DNA of 39,472 nt, taken from the IMG/VR virus record IMGVR_UViG_2690316086_000021; one strand, given 5' to 3'. Position 1 is the stretch's first letter. Every line of letters starts with the position of its first letter. Position numbers and translations under genes: made by a program. Source of the stretch: a virus (lineage: Duplodnaviria; Heunggongvirae; Uroviricota; Caudoviricetes). Shown piece by piece: positions 17,773-27,239 of this stretch. The notes beneath the pieces were generated by a model that was given only the letters and a program-made list of their open reading frames with translations, had not been told where the DNA came from and searched no databases.

Positions 17773-19502
17773 GCCGGAAATCTTACCCCAACGTAAATGC
17801 TGCCAATCAGTATGCCCGGGATGTCGTGCGCGGAAAGATTGTGGCCTGCCAGTTTGTGATTCAGGCCTGCCAGCGCCATCTTGATGACCTGATGGCGGAA
17901 AAAAGTAAGTCGTTTCGTTACCGCTTCGACAAGGACCTGGCTGAACGGGCCGCCAAATTTATTCAGCTGTTGCCGCATACCAAGGGTGAGTGGGCATTTA
18001 AACGGATGCCCATCACGCTGGAGCCGTGGCAGCTCTTTGTGATCTGCTGTGCGTTTGGCTGGGTCAATAAAGGCACCCGGTTGCGCCGCTTCCGGGAGGT
18101 GTATACCGAAATTCCCCGTAAGAACGGCAAATCGGCAATCTCTGCCGGTGTTGCCCTGTATTGTTTTGCCTGTGATAACGAGTTCGGTGCGGAAGTGTAT
18201 TCCGGTGCCACGACGGAGAAACAGGCATGGGAAGTCTTTCGTCCGGCACGACTGATGTGTAAACGCACACCCATGCTGACGGAAGCGTTCGGGATTGAGG
18301 TTAACGCCTCAAACATGAACCGTCCGGAGGATGGTGCGCGGTTTGAACCGCTGATCGGTAACCCCGGTGATGGTTCATCACCCCACTGTGCCGTGGTGGA
18401 TGAATATCACGAGCACGCCACAGATGCGCTTTACACCACGATGCTTACCGGGATGGGGGCGCGACGCCAGCCACTGATGTGGGCCATTACCACCGCCGGG
18501 TACAACATTGAGGGGCCGTGCTACGACAAACGGCGGGAAGTCATCGAGATGCTCAACGGCTCGGTGCCCAACGATGAACTGTTCGGGATCATCTATACCG
18601 TTGACGAAGGCGACGACTGGACCGACCCGCAGGTACTTGAAAAAGCTAACCCGAATATCGGTGTGTCGGTTTATCGCGAGTTTTTGTTAAGTCAGCAGCA
18701 GCGTGCGAAAAATAACGCCCGTATGGCAAACGTCTTTAAAACAAAACACCTCAATATCTGGGTGTCGGCGCGTTCGGCGTATTTCAACCTGGTGAGCTGG
18801 CAGAGCTGCGAGGATAAATCACTGACCCTTGAGCAGTTTGAGGGGCAGCCGTGCATTCTGGCCTTTGACCTGGCGCGTAAGCTGGATATGAACAGTATGG
18901 CGCGACTTTATACCCGCGAGATTGACGGTAAAACGCATTACTACAGTGTGGCTCCGCGCTTCTGGGTACCGTATGACACGGTGTACAGCGTCGAGAAAAA
19001 TGAAGATCGCCGGACAGCCGAGCGCTTTCAGAAATGGGTGGAAATGGGCGTTCTGACCGTTACCGATGGTGCGGAGGTGGATTATCGCTACATCCTCGAG
19101 GAGGCCAAAGCGGCGAACAAAATCAGCCCGGTCAGTGAGTCACCCATCGACCCCTTCGGGGCGACCGGGCTGTCGCATGACCTTGCGGATGAAGATCTGA
19201 ACCCCATCACCATCATTCAGAACTACACCAACATGTCCGACCCGATGAAAGAGCTGGAAGCGGCAATTGAATCGGGGCGTTTTCATCATGACGGCAATCC
19301 CATCATGACCTGGTGTATCGGCAACGTGGTCGGCAAAACCATTCCGGGTAACGATGATGTGGTGAAGCCCGTCAAGGAGCAGGCGGAAAACAAAATTGAT
19401 GGTGCAGTTGCGCTGATTATGGCGGTTGGCAGAGCCATGCTGTACGAGAAAGAAGACACGCTGTCTGATCACATTGAGTCCTACGGGATCCGCTCGCTTT
19501 AA
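17769..19502 (+). CDS. Terminase large subunit
   Basis: 577-aa ORF with ATPase and nuclease regions (..[10 protein letters not shown]..), placed between TerS and portal. Confidence 0.88.
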   Translation: MSRKSYPNVNAANQYARDVVRGKIVACQFVIQACQRHLDDLMAEKSKSFRYRFDKDLAERAAKFIQLLPHTKGEWAFKRMPITLEPWQLFVICCAFGWVNKGTRLRRFREVYTEIPRKNGKSAISAGVALYCFACDNEFGAEVYSGATTEKQAWEVFRPARLMCKRTPMLTEAFGIEVNASNMNRPEDGARFEPLIGNPGDGSSPHCAVVDEYHEHATDALYTTMLTGMGARRQPLMWAITTAGYNIEGPCYDKRREVIEMLNGSVPNDELFGIIYTVDEGDDWTDPQVLEKANPNIGVSVYREFLLSQQQRAKNNARMANVFKTKHLNIWVSARSAYFNLVSWQSCEDKSLTLEQFEGQPCILAFDLARKLDMNSMARLYTREIDGKTHYYSVAPRFWVPYDTVYSVEKNEDRRTAERFQKWVEMGVLTVTDGAEVDYRYILEEAKAANKISPVSESPIDPFGATGLSHDLADEDLNPITIIQNYTNMSDPMKELEAAIESGRFHHDGNPIMTWCIGNVVGKTIPGNDDVVKPVKEQAENKIDGAVALIMAVGRAMLYEKEDTLSDHIESYGIRSL

Positions 19503-19513
19503 CTGAGGTAATT

Positions 19514-19696
19514 ATGATCATGCTGATTCTCGCGCCTCTGGTGGGCGTGCTGGGTGCGCTTTTGCTGGCGTATGGTGCCTGGCTGATTTATCCCCCGTCG
19601 GGGTTTGTTGTTGCCGGGGCGCTGTGCCTGTTCTGGTCGTGGCTGGTGGCGCGATATCTCGACCGTACACAGCCGTCTGTCGGCGGAGGTAAATAG
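19514..19696 (+). CDS. Small putative membrane protein (60 aa)
   Basis: GAGG RBS 6 nt upstream of ATG; two hydrophobic segments; lies between terminase and portal. Confidence 0.35.
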   Translation: MIMLILAPLVGVLGALLLAYGAWLIYPPSGFVVAGALCLFWSWLVARYLDRTQPSVGGGK

Positions 19697-20937
19697 TGTT
19701 CTTTTCGGGATTATTTCAACGAAAAAGTGACGCACCGGTGACCACGCCAGCAGAGCTGGCGGATGCTATCGGGCTGTCCTACGACACCTATACCGGAAAG
19801 CAGATCAGCAGCCAGCGGGCCATGCGACTGACGGCGGTTTTTTCCTGCGTCAGGGTGCTGGCGGAGTCGGTCGGGATGTTGCCCTGCAACCTGTATCACC
19901 TGAACGGCAGCCTGAAACAGAGAGCCACCGGCGAACGTCTGCATAAGCTGATCTCCACGCATCCCAATGGCTATATGACGCCGCAGGAGTTCTGGGAGCT
20001 GGTGGTCACCTGTCTGTGCCTGCGGGGAAACTTTTACGCCTACAAAGTGAAAGCATTTGGCGAAGTGGCTGAACTGCTGCCCGTCGACCCCGGTTGTGTG
20101 GTACCGAAGCTTAACAGTAGCTGGGAACCGGTTTACCAGGTCACATTCCCGGACGGCTCCACGGATGTACTGAGCCAGGAAGATATCTGGCATGTGCGCA
20201 CGCTGACGCTGGACGGTCTGGTGGGACTGAATCCCATCGCCTATGCCCGCGAGGCAATATCGCTGGCAGCTGCGACCGAAGAGCACGGGGCCAGACTGTT
20301 CAGCAATGGTGCGGTGACGTCCGGTGTGTTGCGTACAGAGCAGACGCTGTCGGATCAGGCTTATGAGCGTCTGAAGAAAGATTTTGAGGAGCGTCACACC
20401 GGGCTTGGTAATGCTCACCGCCCGATGATCCTTGAGATGGGGCTGGACTGGAAGTCGATGGCGCTGAACGCCGAGGACAGCCAGTTCCTGGAAACCCGCA
20501 AGTTTCAGCTTGAAGAAATCTGTCGTCTGTTCCGTGTGCCATTGCACATGGTGCAGAACACCGATCGTGCCACCTTCAACAATATCGAAGAACTGGGGCT
20601 GGGATTTATCAACTATTCACTGGTGCCGTATCTGACCCGCATTGAGCAGCGGATCAACACCGGACTGGTACGAAAAAGTAAGCAGGGCGTTTATTACGCC
20701 AAATTTAACGCCGGGGCGTTACTGCGCGGGGATATGAAGTCCCGTTTTGAAGCCTACGCCACCGGGATTAACTGGGGAATTTACTCTCCCAATGACTGCC
20801 GCGACCTGGAAGATATGAATCCGCGTCCCGGTGGGGATGTCTATCTCACACCGATGAACATGACCACGAAACCCTCCGATGGCAGTAAAGCCGGTAAGCA
20901 GAAGGATAACGCCAATGCAGACGAAACAACGTCTTGA
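19696..20937 (+). CDS. Portal protein (HK97 family)
   Basis: GTG start with GGAGG RBS; N-terminal ..AMRLTAVFSCVRVLAESVGMLP.. is typical of HK97-type portals. Confidence 0.85.
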   Translation: MFFSGLFQRKSDAPVTTPAELADAIGLSYDTYTGKQISSQRAMRLTAVFSCVRVLAESVGMLPCNLYHLNGSLKQRATGERLHKLISTHPNGYMTPQEFWELVVTCLCLRGNFYAYKVKAFGEVAELLPVDPGCVVPKLNSSWEPVYQVTFPDGSTDVLSQEDIWHVRTLTLDGLVGLNPIAYAREAISLAAATEEHGARLFSNGAVTSGVLRTEQTLSDQAYERLKKDFEERHTGLGNAHRPMILEMGLDWKSMALNAEDSQFLETRKFQLEEICRLFRVPLHMVQNTDRATFNNIEELGLGFINYSLVPYLTRIEQRINTGLVRKSKQGVYYAKFNAGALLRGDMKSRFEAYATGINWGIYSPNDCRDLEDMNPRPGGDVYLTPMNMTTKPSDGSKAGKQKDNANADETTS

Positions 20938-21565
20938 TGTACCGCTGAGTCTGAAATCTGTCAGTGACTCCGGTGAGTTTGAAGGGTATGGCTCCGTCTT
21001 TGGTGTAAAGGACAGCCACGATGATGTGGTGATGTCCGGGGCATTTGCTGCTTCCCTGCGGGCGTGGAGTGACAGAAAAGCGTTACCTGCGCTGCTCTGG
21101 CAGCACCGCATGGATGAACCCATCGGTGTTTACACCGAAATGAAGGAAGACGATGTCGGGCTTTACGTCAGGGGACGGTTGCTTATTGATGATGATCCCC
21201 TCGCAAAACGCGCACATGCACACATGAAGGCCGGTTCGTTAACCGGCCTTTCTATTGGGTACGTCCTGAAAGACTGGGAATACGACCGGAGCAAAGAAGC
21301 CTTTCTGCTGAAAGAAATCGACCTCTGGGAAGTCAGCCTGGTGACGTTCCCGTCTAACGACGAGGCGCGGATCAGCGACGTCAAGAACGCACTGGCCCGC
21401 GGGGAAATCCCCGAACAGAAAAAAATCGAAAGAGTCCTGCGTGATGTCGGACTCTCCCGTACCCAGGCCAAAGCATTCATGGCCGGGGGCTATGGCGCAC
21501 TGTCCCTGCGCGACGCTGAGGATGTGGGCTCTGCACTGAATGCACTGAAAAATCTGAACTTCTAA
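20915..21565 (+). CDS. Prohead maturation protease (HK97 family)
   Basis: Start at ATG 20915 (AAGGA RBS at 8 nt); ..GEFEGYGSVFGVKDSHDDVVMSGAF.. typical of HK97 prohead protease. Confidence 0.82.
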   Translation: MQTKQRLDVPLSLKSVSDSGEFEGYGSVFGVKDSHDDVVMSGAFAASLRAWSDRKALPALLWQHRMDEPIGVYTEMKEDDVGLYVRGRLLIDDDPLAKRAHAHMKAGSLTGLSIGYVLKDWEYDRSKEAFLLKEIDLWEVSLVTFPSNDEARISDVKNALARGEIPEQKKIERVLRDVGLSRTQAKAFMAGGYGALSLRDAEDVGSALNALKNLNF

Positions 21566-21579
21566 TCAGGAGGAATACG

Positions 21580-22785
21580 ATGGCGGTTGATATTAAAGAT
21601 GTGGAACAGGTCGCGCAGGAGCTGCAGCAGAAGTTTGACGACTTCAAGGCAAAGAACGACAAGCGCGTGGATGCGATTGAGCAGGAAAAAGGCAAACTTG
21701 CCGGACAGGTGGAAACCCTGAACGGGAAACTCAGCGAGCTGGAAAACCTCAAAAGCGATCTTGAAAAAGAGCTGCTTGAGCTGAAACGTCCGGCAGGTGG
21801 AGCGCAAAATAAACTGGCCACCGAGCATAAAGAGGCGTTTGTTGGCTTCCTGCGTAAAGGCCGTGAAGACGGTCTGCGCGATCTGGAGCGTAAGGCATTG
21901 CAGGTGGGCACCAATGAAGACGGTGGCTACGCCGTGCCGGAAGCACTGGATCGCAACATTCTTAACCTGCTGAAAGATGAAGTGGTGATGCGTCAGGAAG
22001 CCACGGTGATCACCGTTGGCGGTTCCGACTACAAAAAACTGGTGAATCTGGGCGGTACGGCTTCCGGATGGGTGGGGGAAACGGATACGCGATCCCAGAC
22101 TGCCACCTCCAGACTGGAGCTGATTGAACCTCTCATGGGGGAAATCTACGGCAACCCGCAGGCTACCCAGAAAATGCTGGACGATGCCTTCTTCAACGTG
22201 GAGGCCTGGATCAACAGCGAGCTGGCAACCGAATTTGCCGAACAGGAAGAAATTGCCTTTACCTCAGGCGATGGTACCAAGAAGCCGAAAGGGTTCCTGG
22301 CGTATGAATCCACCGATGAAACCGATAAGGTCCGGGCGTTCGGCAAACTTCAGCATATTGTATCCGGCGAAGCGACGGGGGTGACCGCAGACGCCATTAT
22401 CAAACTGATTTACACGCTGCGTAAGGCACACCGCACTGGCGCGAAGTTCATGATGAACAACAACAGCCTGTTTGCCATCCGTCTGCTGAAAGACAGCGAG
22501 GGTAACTATCTGTGGCGTCCGGGGCTGGAGCTGGGGCAGCCGTCCTCTCTGGCGGGTTACGGTATCGCTGAAAACGAACAGATGCCGGATATCGCCGCTG
22601 ATGCGAAAGCCATTGCATTTGGTAACTTCAAACGGGGTTACACCATCGTTGACCGTATCGGCACCCGCATTCTGCGTGACCCGTACACCAATAAACCGTT
22701 TGTCGGTTTTTATACCACCAAGCGCACCGGCGGGATGCTGGTCGATTCGCAGGCCATCAAACTGCTGAAGATTGCAGCGGCGTAA
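21580..22785 (+). CDS. Major capsid protein (HK97 family) with N-terminal coiled-coil delta domain
   Basis: 401-aa ORF; strong RBS; coiled-coil-rich N-terminus followed by the capsid domain; follows the protease. Confidence 0.85.
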   Translation: MAVDIKDVEQVAQELQQKFDDFKAKNDKRVDAIEQEKGKLAGQVETLNGKLSELENLKSDLEKELLELKRPAGGAQNKLATEHKEAFVGFLRKGREDGLRDLERKALQVGTNEDGGYAVPEALDRNILNLLKDEVVMRQEATVITVGGSDYKKLVNLGGTASGWVGETDTRSQTATSRLELIEPLMGEIYGNPQATQKMLDDAFFNVEAWINSELATEFAEQEEIAFTSGDGTKKPKGFLAYESTDETDKVRAFGKLQHIVSGEATGVTADAIIKLIYTLRKAHRTGAKFMMNNNSLFAIRLLKDSEGNYLWRPGLELGQPSSLAGYGIAENEQMPDIAADAKAIAFGNFKRGYTIVDRIGTRILRDPYTNKPFVGFYTTKRTGGMLVDSQAIKLLKIAAA

Positions 22786-22834
22786 TCACTCAGGGGCGCG
22801 GAACCGCGCCCCCTGTTCTGACGGGTGAAGAATC

Positions 22835-23035
22835 ATGATCCTGAAACAAGATCTGAAATGGTCACCGGACGGTATGCGTGTTGAGGTCATTCGGGCCGGT
22901 GAGTATGACGACGGGGCGCTTCCTGCCCGGGTGCAGGAGATTGCACTTCAGGCCGGGTTAGCAGAGCGCGGAATCAGTGCAAAAAGCAGTAAAGCGGCAA
23001 AAGAGAAAAAAGCCACGACCAGTAAAGAGGGCTGA
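22835..23035 (+). CDS. Hypothetical small head-module protein (66 aa)
   Basis: ORF between capsid and connector genes; no recognisable motif. Confidence 0.35.
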   Translation: MILKQDLKWSPDGMRVEVIRAGEYDDGALPARVQEIALQAGLAERGISAKSSKAAKEKKATTSKEG

Positions 23036-23037
23036 GT

Positions 23038-23361
23038 ATGCTTCTGACAATGGAAGAGATTAAAGCCCAACTCCGGCTGGATGAGGATTACGATGCTGAT
23101 GACCGCCATCTGCAACTGCTGGCCTGTGCGGCACAAAAGCGGACGGAAACGTATCTGAACCGGAAGCTCTATGCACCGGATGAAACCATTCCGGACAGCG
23201 ATCCGGACGGGCTGCACCTGTCGGATGATATTCGTCTGGGGATGCTGATGCTTATCAGCCATTTTTACGAAAACCGCTCGTCGGTTACGGAAGTGGAGAA
23301 ACTCGACATGCCGCAGAGTTTTGGCTGGCTTGTCGGCCCGTACAGGTACTTTCCGCAATGA
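23038..23361 (+). CDS. Head-tail connector protein (gp6-like)
   Basis: 107-aa ORF in the conserved position after the capsid gene; MLLTMEEIKAQLRLDEDYDADD.. typical of this family. Confidence 0.6.
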   Translation: MLLTMEEIKAQLRLDEDYDADDRHLQLLACAAQKRTETYLNRKLYAPDETIPDSDPDGLHLSDDIRLGMLMLISHFYENRSSVTEVEKLDMPQSFGWLVGPYRYFPQ

Positions 23362-23768
23362 AAATTCGTCAGGCGCAGACCAGCGCAACCTACATTCTGC
23401 CGGACCCCGGTGAACTGAATAAACGCGTCCTGATCCGCCTGCGGGTGGATATGCCCGCGGATAACTTTGGCGTGGAGCCTCAATACCCGGTTACGTTCCG
23501 GACATGGGCGAAGGTTATCCAGACCAGTGCCACCACCTGGCAGGAAACCGCGCAGACAGGGGACGCCATCACCCATTACATCACCATTCGTTATCGCCGG
23601 GGGATCACCGCTGATTATGAGGTGGTCTGCGGTGACAGTGTGTACCGGGTGAAACGTCAGCGCGATCTGAACGGGGCGCGGCGCTTTCTGCTGCTGGAGT
23701 GTACGGAGCTGGGCGAATGTAGGCAGAGTCACGGAGGCAACAATGACGACTTCCTTTTTGCACGTTGA
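23358..23768 (+). CDS. Head closure / head-tail adaptor protein
   Basis: 136-aa ORF, translationally coupled (ATGA overlap), in the conserved head-tail joining position. Confidence 0.5.
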   Translation: MKIRQAQTSATYILPDPGELNKRVLIRLRVDMPADNFGVEPQYPVTFRTWAKVIQTSATTWQETAQTGDAITHYITIRYRRGITADYEVVCGDSVYRVKRQRDLNGARRFLLLECTELGECRQSHGGNNDDFLFAR

Positions 23769-24249
23769 TTTTCAGCAGCCCGCGGAGATGCGCTTTAACC
23801 GCGCCCGTGTCCGGCGGGCGTTTGTCACGATTGGTCAGCGTCATATGCGTGATGCCCGTCGGCTGGTGATGCGCCGTGCGCGGTCGGCACCGGGTGAAAA
23901 CCCCGGTTATCAGACCGGACGCCTGGCTCGTTCGATTGGTTACATGGTACCCAGAGCCAGTAAACATCGCCCTGGTTTTATGGCACGTATAGCCCCTAAC
24001 CAGCGTAATGGAGAGGGAAACCGCCGTATCACCGGTGATTTTTATCCGGCTTTTTTGTTCTATGGCGTGAGGCGAGGGGCAAAGCGTCGTCGCAGCCATC
24101 ATCGTGGTGCATCCGGTGGCAGCGGCTGGCGACTGGCTCCACGTAATAACTTCATGGTGGAAACGCTTGAAAAGAACCGCAGCTGGACACGCTATTTTCT
24201 GGCGCGGGAATTGCGTAAATCACTGAAGCCGGAGCGACGACACAGATGA
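23743..24249 (+). CDS. HK97 gp10-like tail completion/neck protein
   Basis: 168-aa basic protein in the conserved position. Confidence 0.5.
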   Translation: MTTSFLHVDFQQPAEMRFNRARVRRAFVTIGQRHMRDARRLVMRRARSAPGENPGYQTGRLARSIGYMVPRASKHRPGFMARIAPNQRNGEGNRRITGDFYPAFLFYGVRRGAKRRRSHHRGASGGSGWRLAPRNNFMVETLEKNRSWTRYFLARELRKSLKPERRHR

Positions 24250-24806
24250 AACTGACGCCTGTTATTGCTGCACTGCGTGCCCGCTGCCCATATTTTGAAA
24301 ACCGGGTGGCAGGCGCCGCACAGTTCAAAAATTTGCCGGAGGTCGGAAAGCTGAAACTCCCGGCGGCATATGTGGTACCGGGTGATGATTCTCCGGGAGA
24401 AAACAAAAGCCAGACCGACTACTGGCAGGAGCTGAAAGAGGGTTTCTCCGTGGTTGTCATACTGAGTAACGGGCGTGATGAGCGCGGTCAGTTTGCCTCG
24501 TATGATGTGGTGGACGATGTCCGGCAGATGCTCTTTAAGGCCCTGCTGGGCTGGAGCCCGGAGGCGTGCGGTAACCCGATTACCTATGACGGCGGCACGC
24601 TGCTGGATCTGAATCGTCATGAGCTGATTTATCAGTTCGATTTTTCGGTCATCAGCGAGCTGACCGAAGACGATACCCGCCAGCAGGATGACCTGAACAG
24701 TCTGGATGAACTGCGAACGCTAGCGATTGATGTTGATTATCTCGATCCCGGTAACGGGCCTGACGGCGATATCGAACATCACACCGAAATAACCCTTCCT
24801 TCCTGA
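24246..24806 (+). CDS. Tail terminator-like protein (hypothetical)
   Basis: 186-aa ORF immediately upstream of the sheath gene. Confidence 0.4.
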   Translation: MKLTPVIAALRARCPYFENRVAGAAQFKNLPEVGKLKLPAAYVVPGDDSPGENKSQTDYWQELKEGFSVVVILSNGRDERGQFASYDVVDDVRQMLFKALLGWSPEACGNPITYDGGTLLDLNRHELIYQFDFSVISELTEDDTRQQDDLNSLDELRTLAIDVDYLDPGNGPDGDIEHHTEITLPS

Positions 24807-24814
24807 GAATCTTC

Positions 24815-24985
24815 ATGTTTGTGAAACCTGTTAAAGGGCGGTCAGTTCCTGACCCTGCCCGCGGCGACCTTTTGCCCGCCGAAGGGCGAAATGTTGATGA
24901 GAACAACTACTGGCTGCGCCGTGAAGCAGCGGGTGATATCCGGCGCGTGAATAAAAAGGTGAACACCGATGACGATAAGCTTTAA
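24815..24985 (+). CDS. Small protein upstream of the sheath gene (DUF2635-like position, 56 aa)
   Basis: Own translation MFVKPVKGRSVPDPARGDLLPAEGRNVDENNYWLRREAAGDIRRVNKKVNTDDDKL; not in the ORF track because it is under 60 aa. Confidence 0.4.
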   Translation: MFVKPVKGRSVPDPARGDLLPAEGRNVDENNYWLRREAAGDIRRVNKKVNTDDDKL

Positions 24986-26465
24986 CACCATTCCGTCGAA
25001 TACGCTGGTTCCGCTGTTTTATGCGGAAATGGATAACCAGGCGGCGAATACTGCACAGGACAGCGGAGCATCGCTGCTGATTGGTCATGCCAATAACGGT
25101 GCAGAGATTGTTGCCAACAGTCTGGTGCTGATGCCATCGGCAGACTATGCACGCCAGATTTGTGGTGCGGGAAGTCAGCTGGCGCGTATGGTCGAGGCTT
25201 ATCGCCAGACCGACCCGTTTGGCGAGCTGTATGTGATTGCCGTTCCTGAATCCACGGGCGCGGCAGCAACAGTTACGCTGACGGTGACCGGGGCGGCAAC
25301 CGAAACCGGCACGGTGAATGTTTATGTGGGACGTACCCGCGTGCAGGCACCGGTGACCAATGGCGATAACGTCGCGACGATTGCCAGCAGTATCCAGGAT
25401 GCCATCAATGCCGTTCCGGCCCTGCCGTTTACGGCCTCATCTTCGGCAGGCGTGGTCACACTGACCGCGCGTCATAAGGGGCTTTGCGGGAATGAAATTC
25501 CTGTCAGCCTCAATTACTACGGCTTTGGTGGGGGCGAAGTGCTGCCTGCGGGCGTACAGATTGCCGTGGCGACGGGGACCGCCGGAACGGGCTCTCCTGT
25601 TCTCACTGGCGCGGTGGCTGCAATGGCGGATGAGCCGTTTGATTATATCGGCCTGCCGTTCAACGACACGGCCTCCGTTAACACGCTGGTGACCGAGATG
25701 AACGATACCAGCGGTCGCTGGAGCTATGCGCGTCAGCTGTATGGTCATGTGTATACGGCAAAGACCGGCACACTGTCAGAACTGGTGAACGCAGGTGACC
25801 AGTTTAACCAGCAGCACATCACCCTGGCGGGGTACGAAAAAGAGACCCAGACGCCTGCCGACGAGCTGGCGGCAAGCCGTACCGCCCGCGCAGCAGTGTT
25901 TATCCGCAACGATCCGGCACGTCCCACGCAGACCGGTGAGCTGGTGGGTATGCTGCCTGCGCCGAAGGGGAAACGGTTCACGATGACCGAACAACAGACC
26001 CTGCTGTCTCATGGCGTGGCAACGGCGTATGTCGAAAGCGGGGTACTGCGCATTCAGCGTGATGTCACCACGTACAGGAAAAACGCTTACGGGGTTGCGG
26101 ATAACAGCTACCTCGACAGCGAGACGCTGCATACCAGTGCGTATGTACTGCGCAAACTGAAATCCGTCATTACCAGTAAGTACGGGCGTCACAAGCTTGC
26201 CAGTGACGGTACCCGCTTTGGTCCCGGTCAGGCGATTGTCACCCCGGCAGTGATCAAAGGGGAACTGCTGGCAACCTACCGTCAGCTCGAGCGTGCGGGG
26301 ATCGTGGAAAACTACGAACTGTTCAAGCAGTACCTGGTTGTGGAGCGTGATGCCAGCGATCCGAACCGCCTGAACACGCTGTTCCCGCCTGACTATGTTA
26401 ACCAGTTGCGTGTCTTTGCCGTGGTTAACCAGTTCCGTCTTCAGTATTCAGAGGAGTCTGCATAA
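24969..26465 (+). CDS. Contractile tail sheath protein (Mu gpL-like)
   Basis: 498-aa ORF followed by a tube gene, in Mu-like tail module order. Confidence 0.85.
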   Translation: MTISFNTIPSNTLVPLFYAEMDNQAANTAQDSGASLLIGHANNGAEIVANSLVLMPSADYARQICGAGSQLARMVEAYRQTDPFGELYVIAVPESTGAAATVTLTVTGAATETGTVNVYVGRTRVQAPVTNGDNVATIASSIQDAINAVPALPFTASSSAGVVTLTARHKGLCGNEIPVSLNYYGFGGGEVLPAGVQIAVATGTAGTGSPVLTGAVAAMADEPFDYIGLPFNDTASVNTLVTEMNDTSGRWSYARQLYGHVYTAKTGTLSELVNAGDQFNQQHITLAGYEKETQTPADELAASRTARAAVFIRNDPARPTQTGELVGMLPAPKGKRFTMTEQQTLLSHGVATAYVESGVLRIQRDVTTYRKNAYGVADNSYLDSETLHTSAYVLRKLKSVITSKYGRHKLASDGTRFGPGQAIVTPAVIKGELLATYRQLERAGIVENYELFKQYLVVERDASDPNRLNTLFPPDYVNQLRVFAVVNQFRLQYSEESA

Positions 26466-26821
26466 TGGCCCGTATCGGGGGAACCTGTTATTTCAAAATT
26501 GACGGTCAGCAGCTATCGCTGACCGGCGGCATTGAGGTGCCCATGAACAGGACGGTCAATGATGACATCATCGGCCTGGACGGTTCAGTGGACCGCAAGG
26601 AAACTCACCGTGCGCCTTATGTCAAAGGGACCTTCAAGGTGCCGAAGAATTTTCCGGTGAGCAAAATCACCTCGTCTGATGAGATGACCATCACTGCCGA
26701 GCTGGCGAACGGTCAGGTCTATGTATTGTCGTCCGCCTGGCTGCACGGTGAAGCGAACCATAATGCCGAAGAAGGCACGGTCGATCTTGAGTTCCACGGT
26801 GAAGAAGGGGATTACCAGTAA
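26465..26821 (+). CDS. Tail tube protein (Mu gpM-like)
   Basis: 118-aa ORF immediately after the sheath, coupled by ATGs. Confidence 0.7.
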   Translation: MARIGGTCYFKIDGQQLSLTGGIEVPMNRTVNDDIIGLDGSVDRKETHRAPYVKGTFKVPKNFPVSKITSSDEMTITAELANGQVYVLSSAWLHGEANHNAEEGTVDLEFHGEEGDYQ

Positions 26822-27090
26822 TGAAAGAGCTTGAGTTAAAGAAACCGATTATTGCTCATGGCGAGACACTCTCCGTACTGGAGTTTGATGAACCCACCGG
26901 GAAGGATGTCCGCGAGCTGGGGTATCCCTACCAGATGAATCAGGATGAGTCCGTCAGACTTCTGGCGCATGTGGTGTCGAAATACATTGTGCGGCTGGCG
27001 AAAGTGCCGCAAAGCTCTGTCGACCAGATGTCTCCGGCAGACCTGAATGCAGCGGCGTGGCTTGTGGCCGGTTTTTTCCTCCAGGCCTGA
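26821..27090 (+). CDS. Tail assembly chaperone (short form)
   Basis: 89-aa ORF before the tape measure gene; ends just after the slippery heptamer T TTT TTC. Confidence 0.6.
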   Translation: MKELELKKPIIAHGETLSVLEFDEPTGKDVRELGYPYQMNQDESVRLLAHVVSKYIVRLAKVPQSSVDQMSPADLNAAAWLVAGFFLQA

Positions 27091-27239
27091 CGGCTGAATA
27101 CCTCACTGATCGCTTCTTTGACTGCGCCAGTTACTGGCGCATTAATCCCTTCGAATTGCTGAATATGCCGATCAGTGAAATTCCCTTGCTGGTCAGTCAG
27201 GCAAACAGGATAGAGCAGGAGAAACGCACACATGGCTGA
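27057..27239 (+). CDS. Tail assembly chaperone -1 frameshift extension
   Basis: ORF in the -1 frame relative to 26821..27090, overlapping its 3' end and running to the tape measure start; its own ATG is probably not used. Confidence 0.5.
   Translation: MACGRFFPPGLTAEYLTDRFFDCASYWRINPFELLNMPISEIPLLVSQANRIEQEKRTHG

Noticed and set aside
19711-20547. 278-aa minus-strand ORF inside the portal gene
   Set aside because: Antisense to a well-supported HK97-type portal gene; translation is low-complexity.
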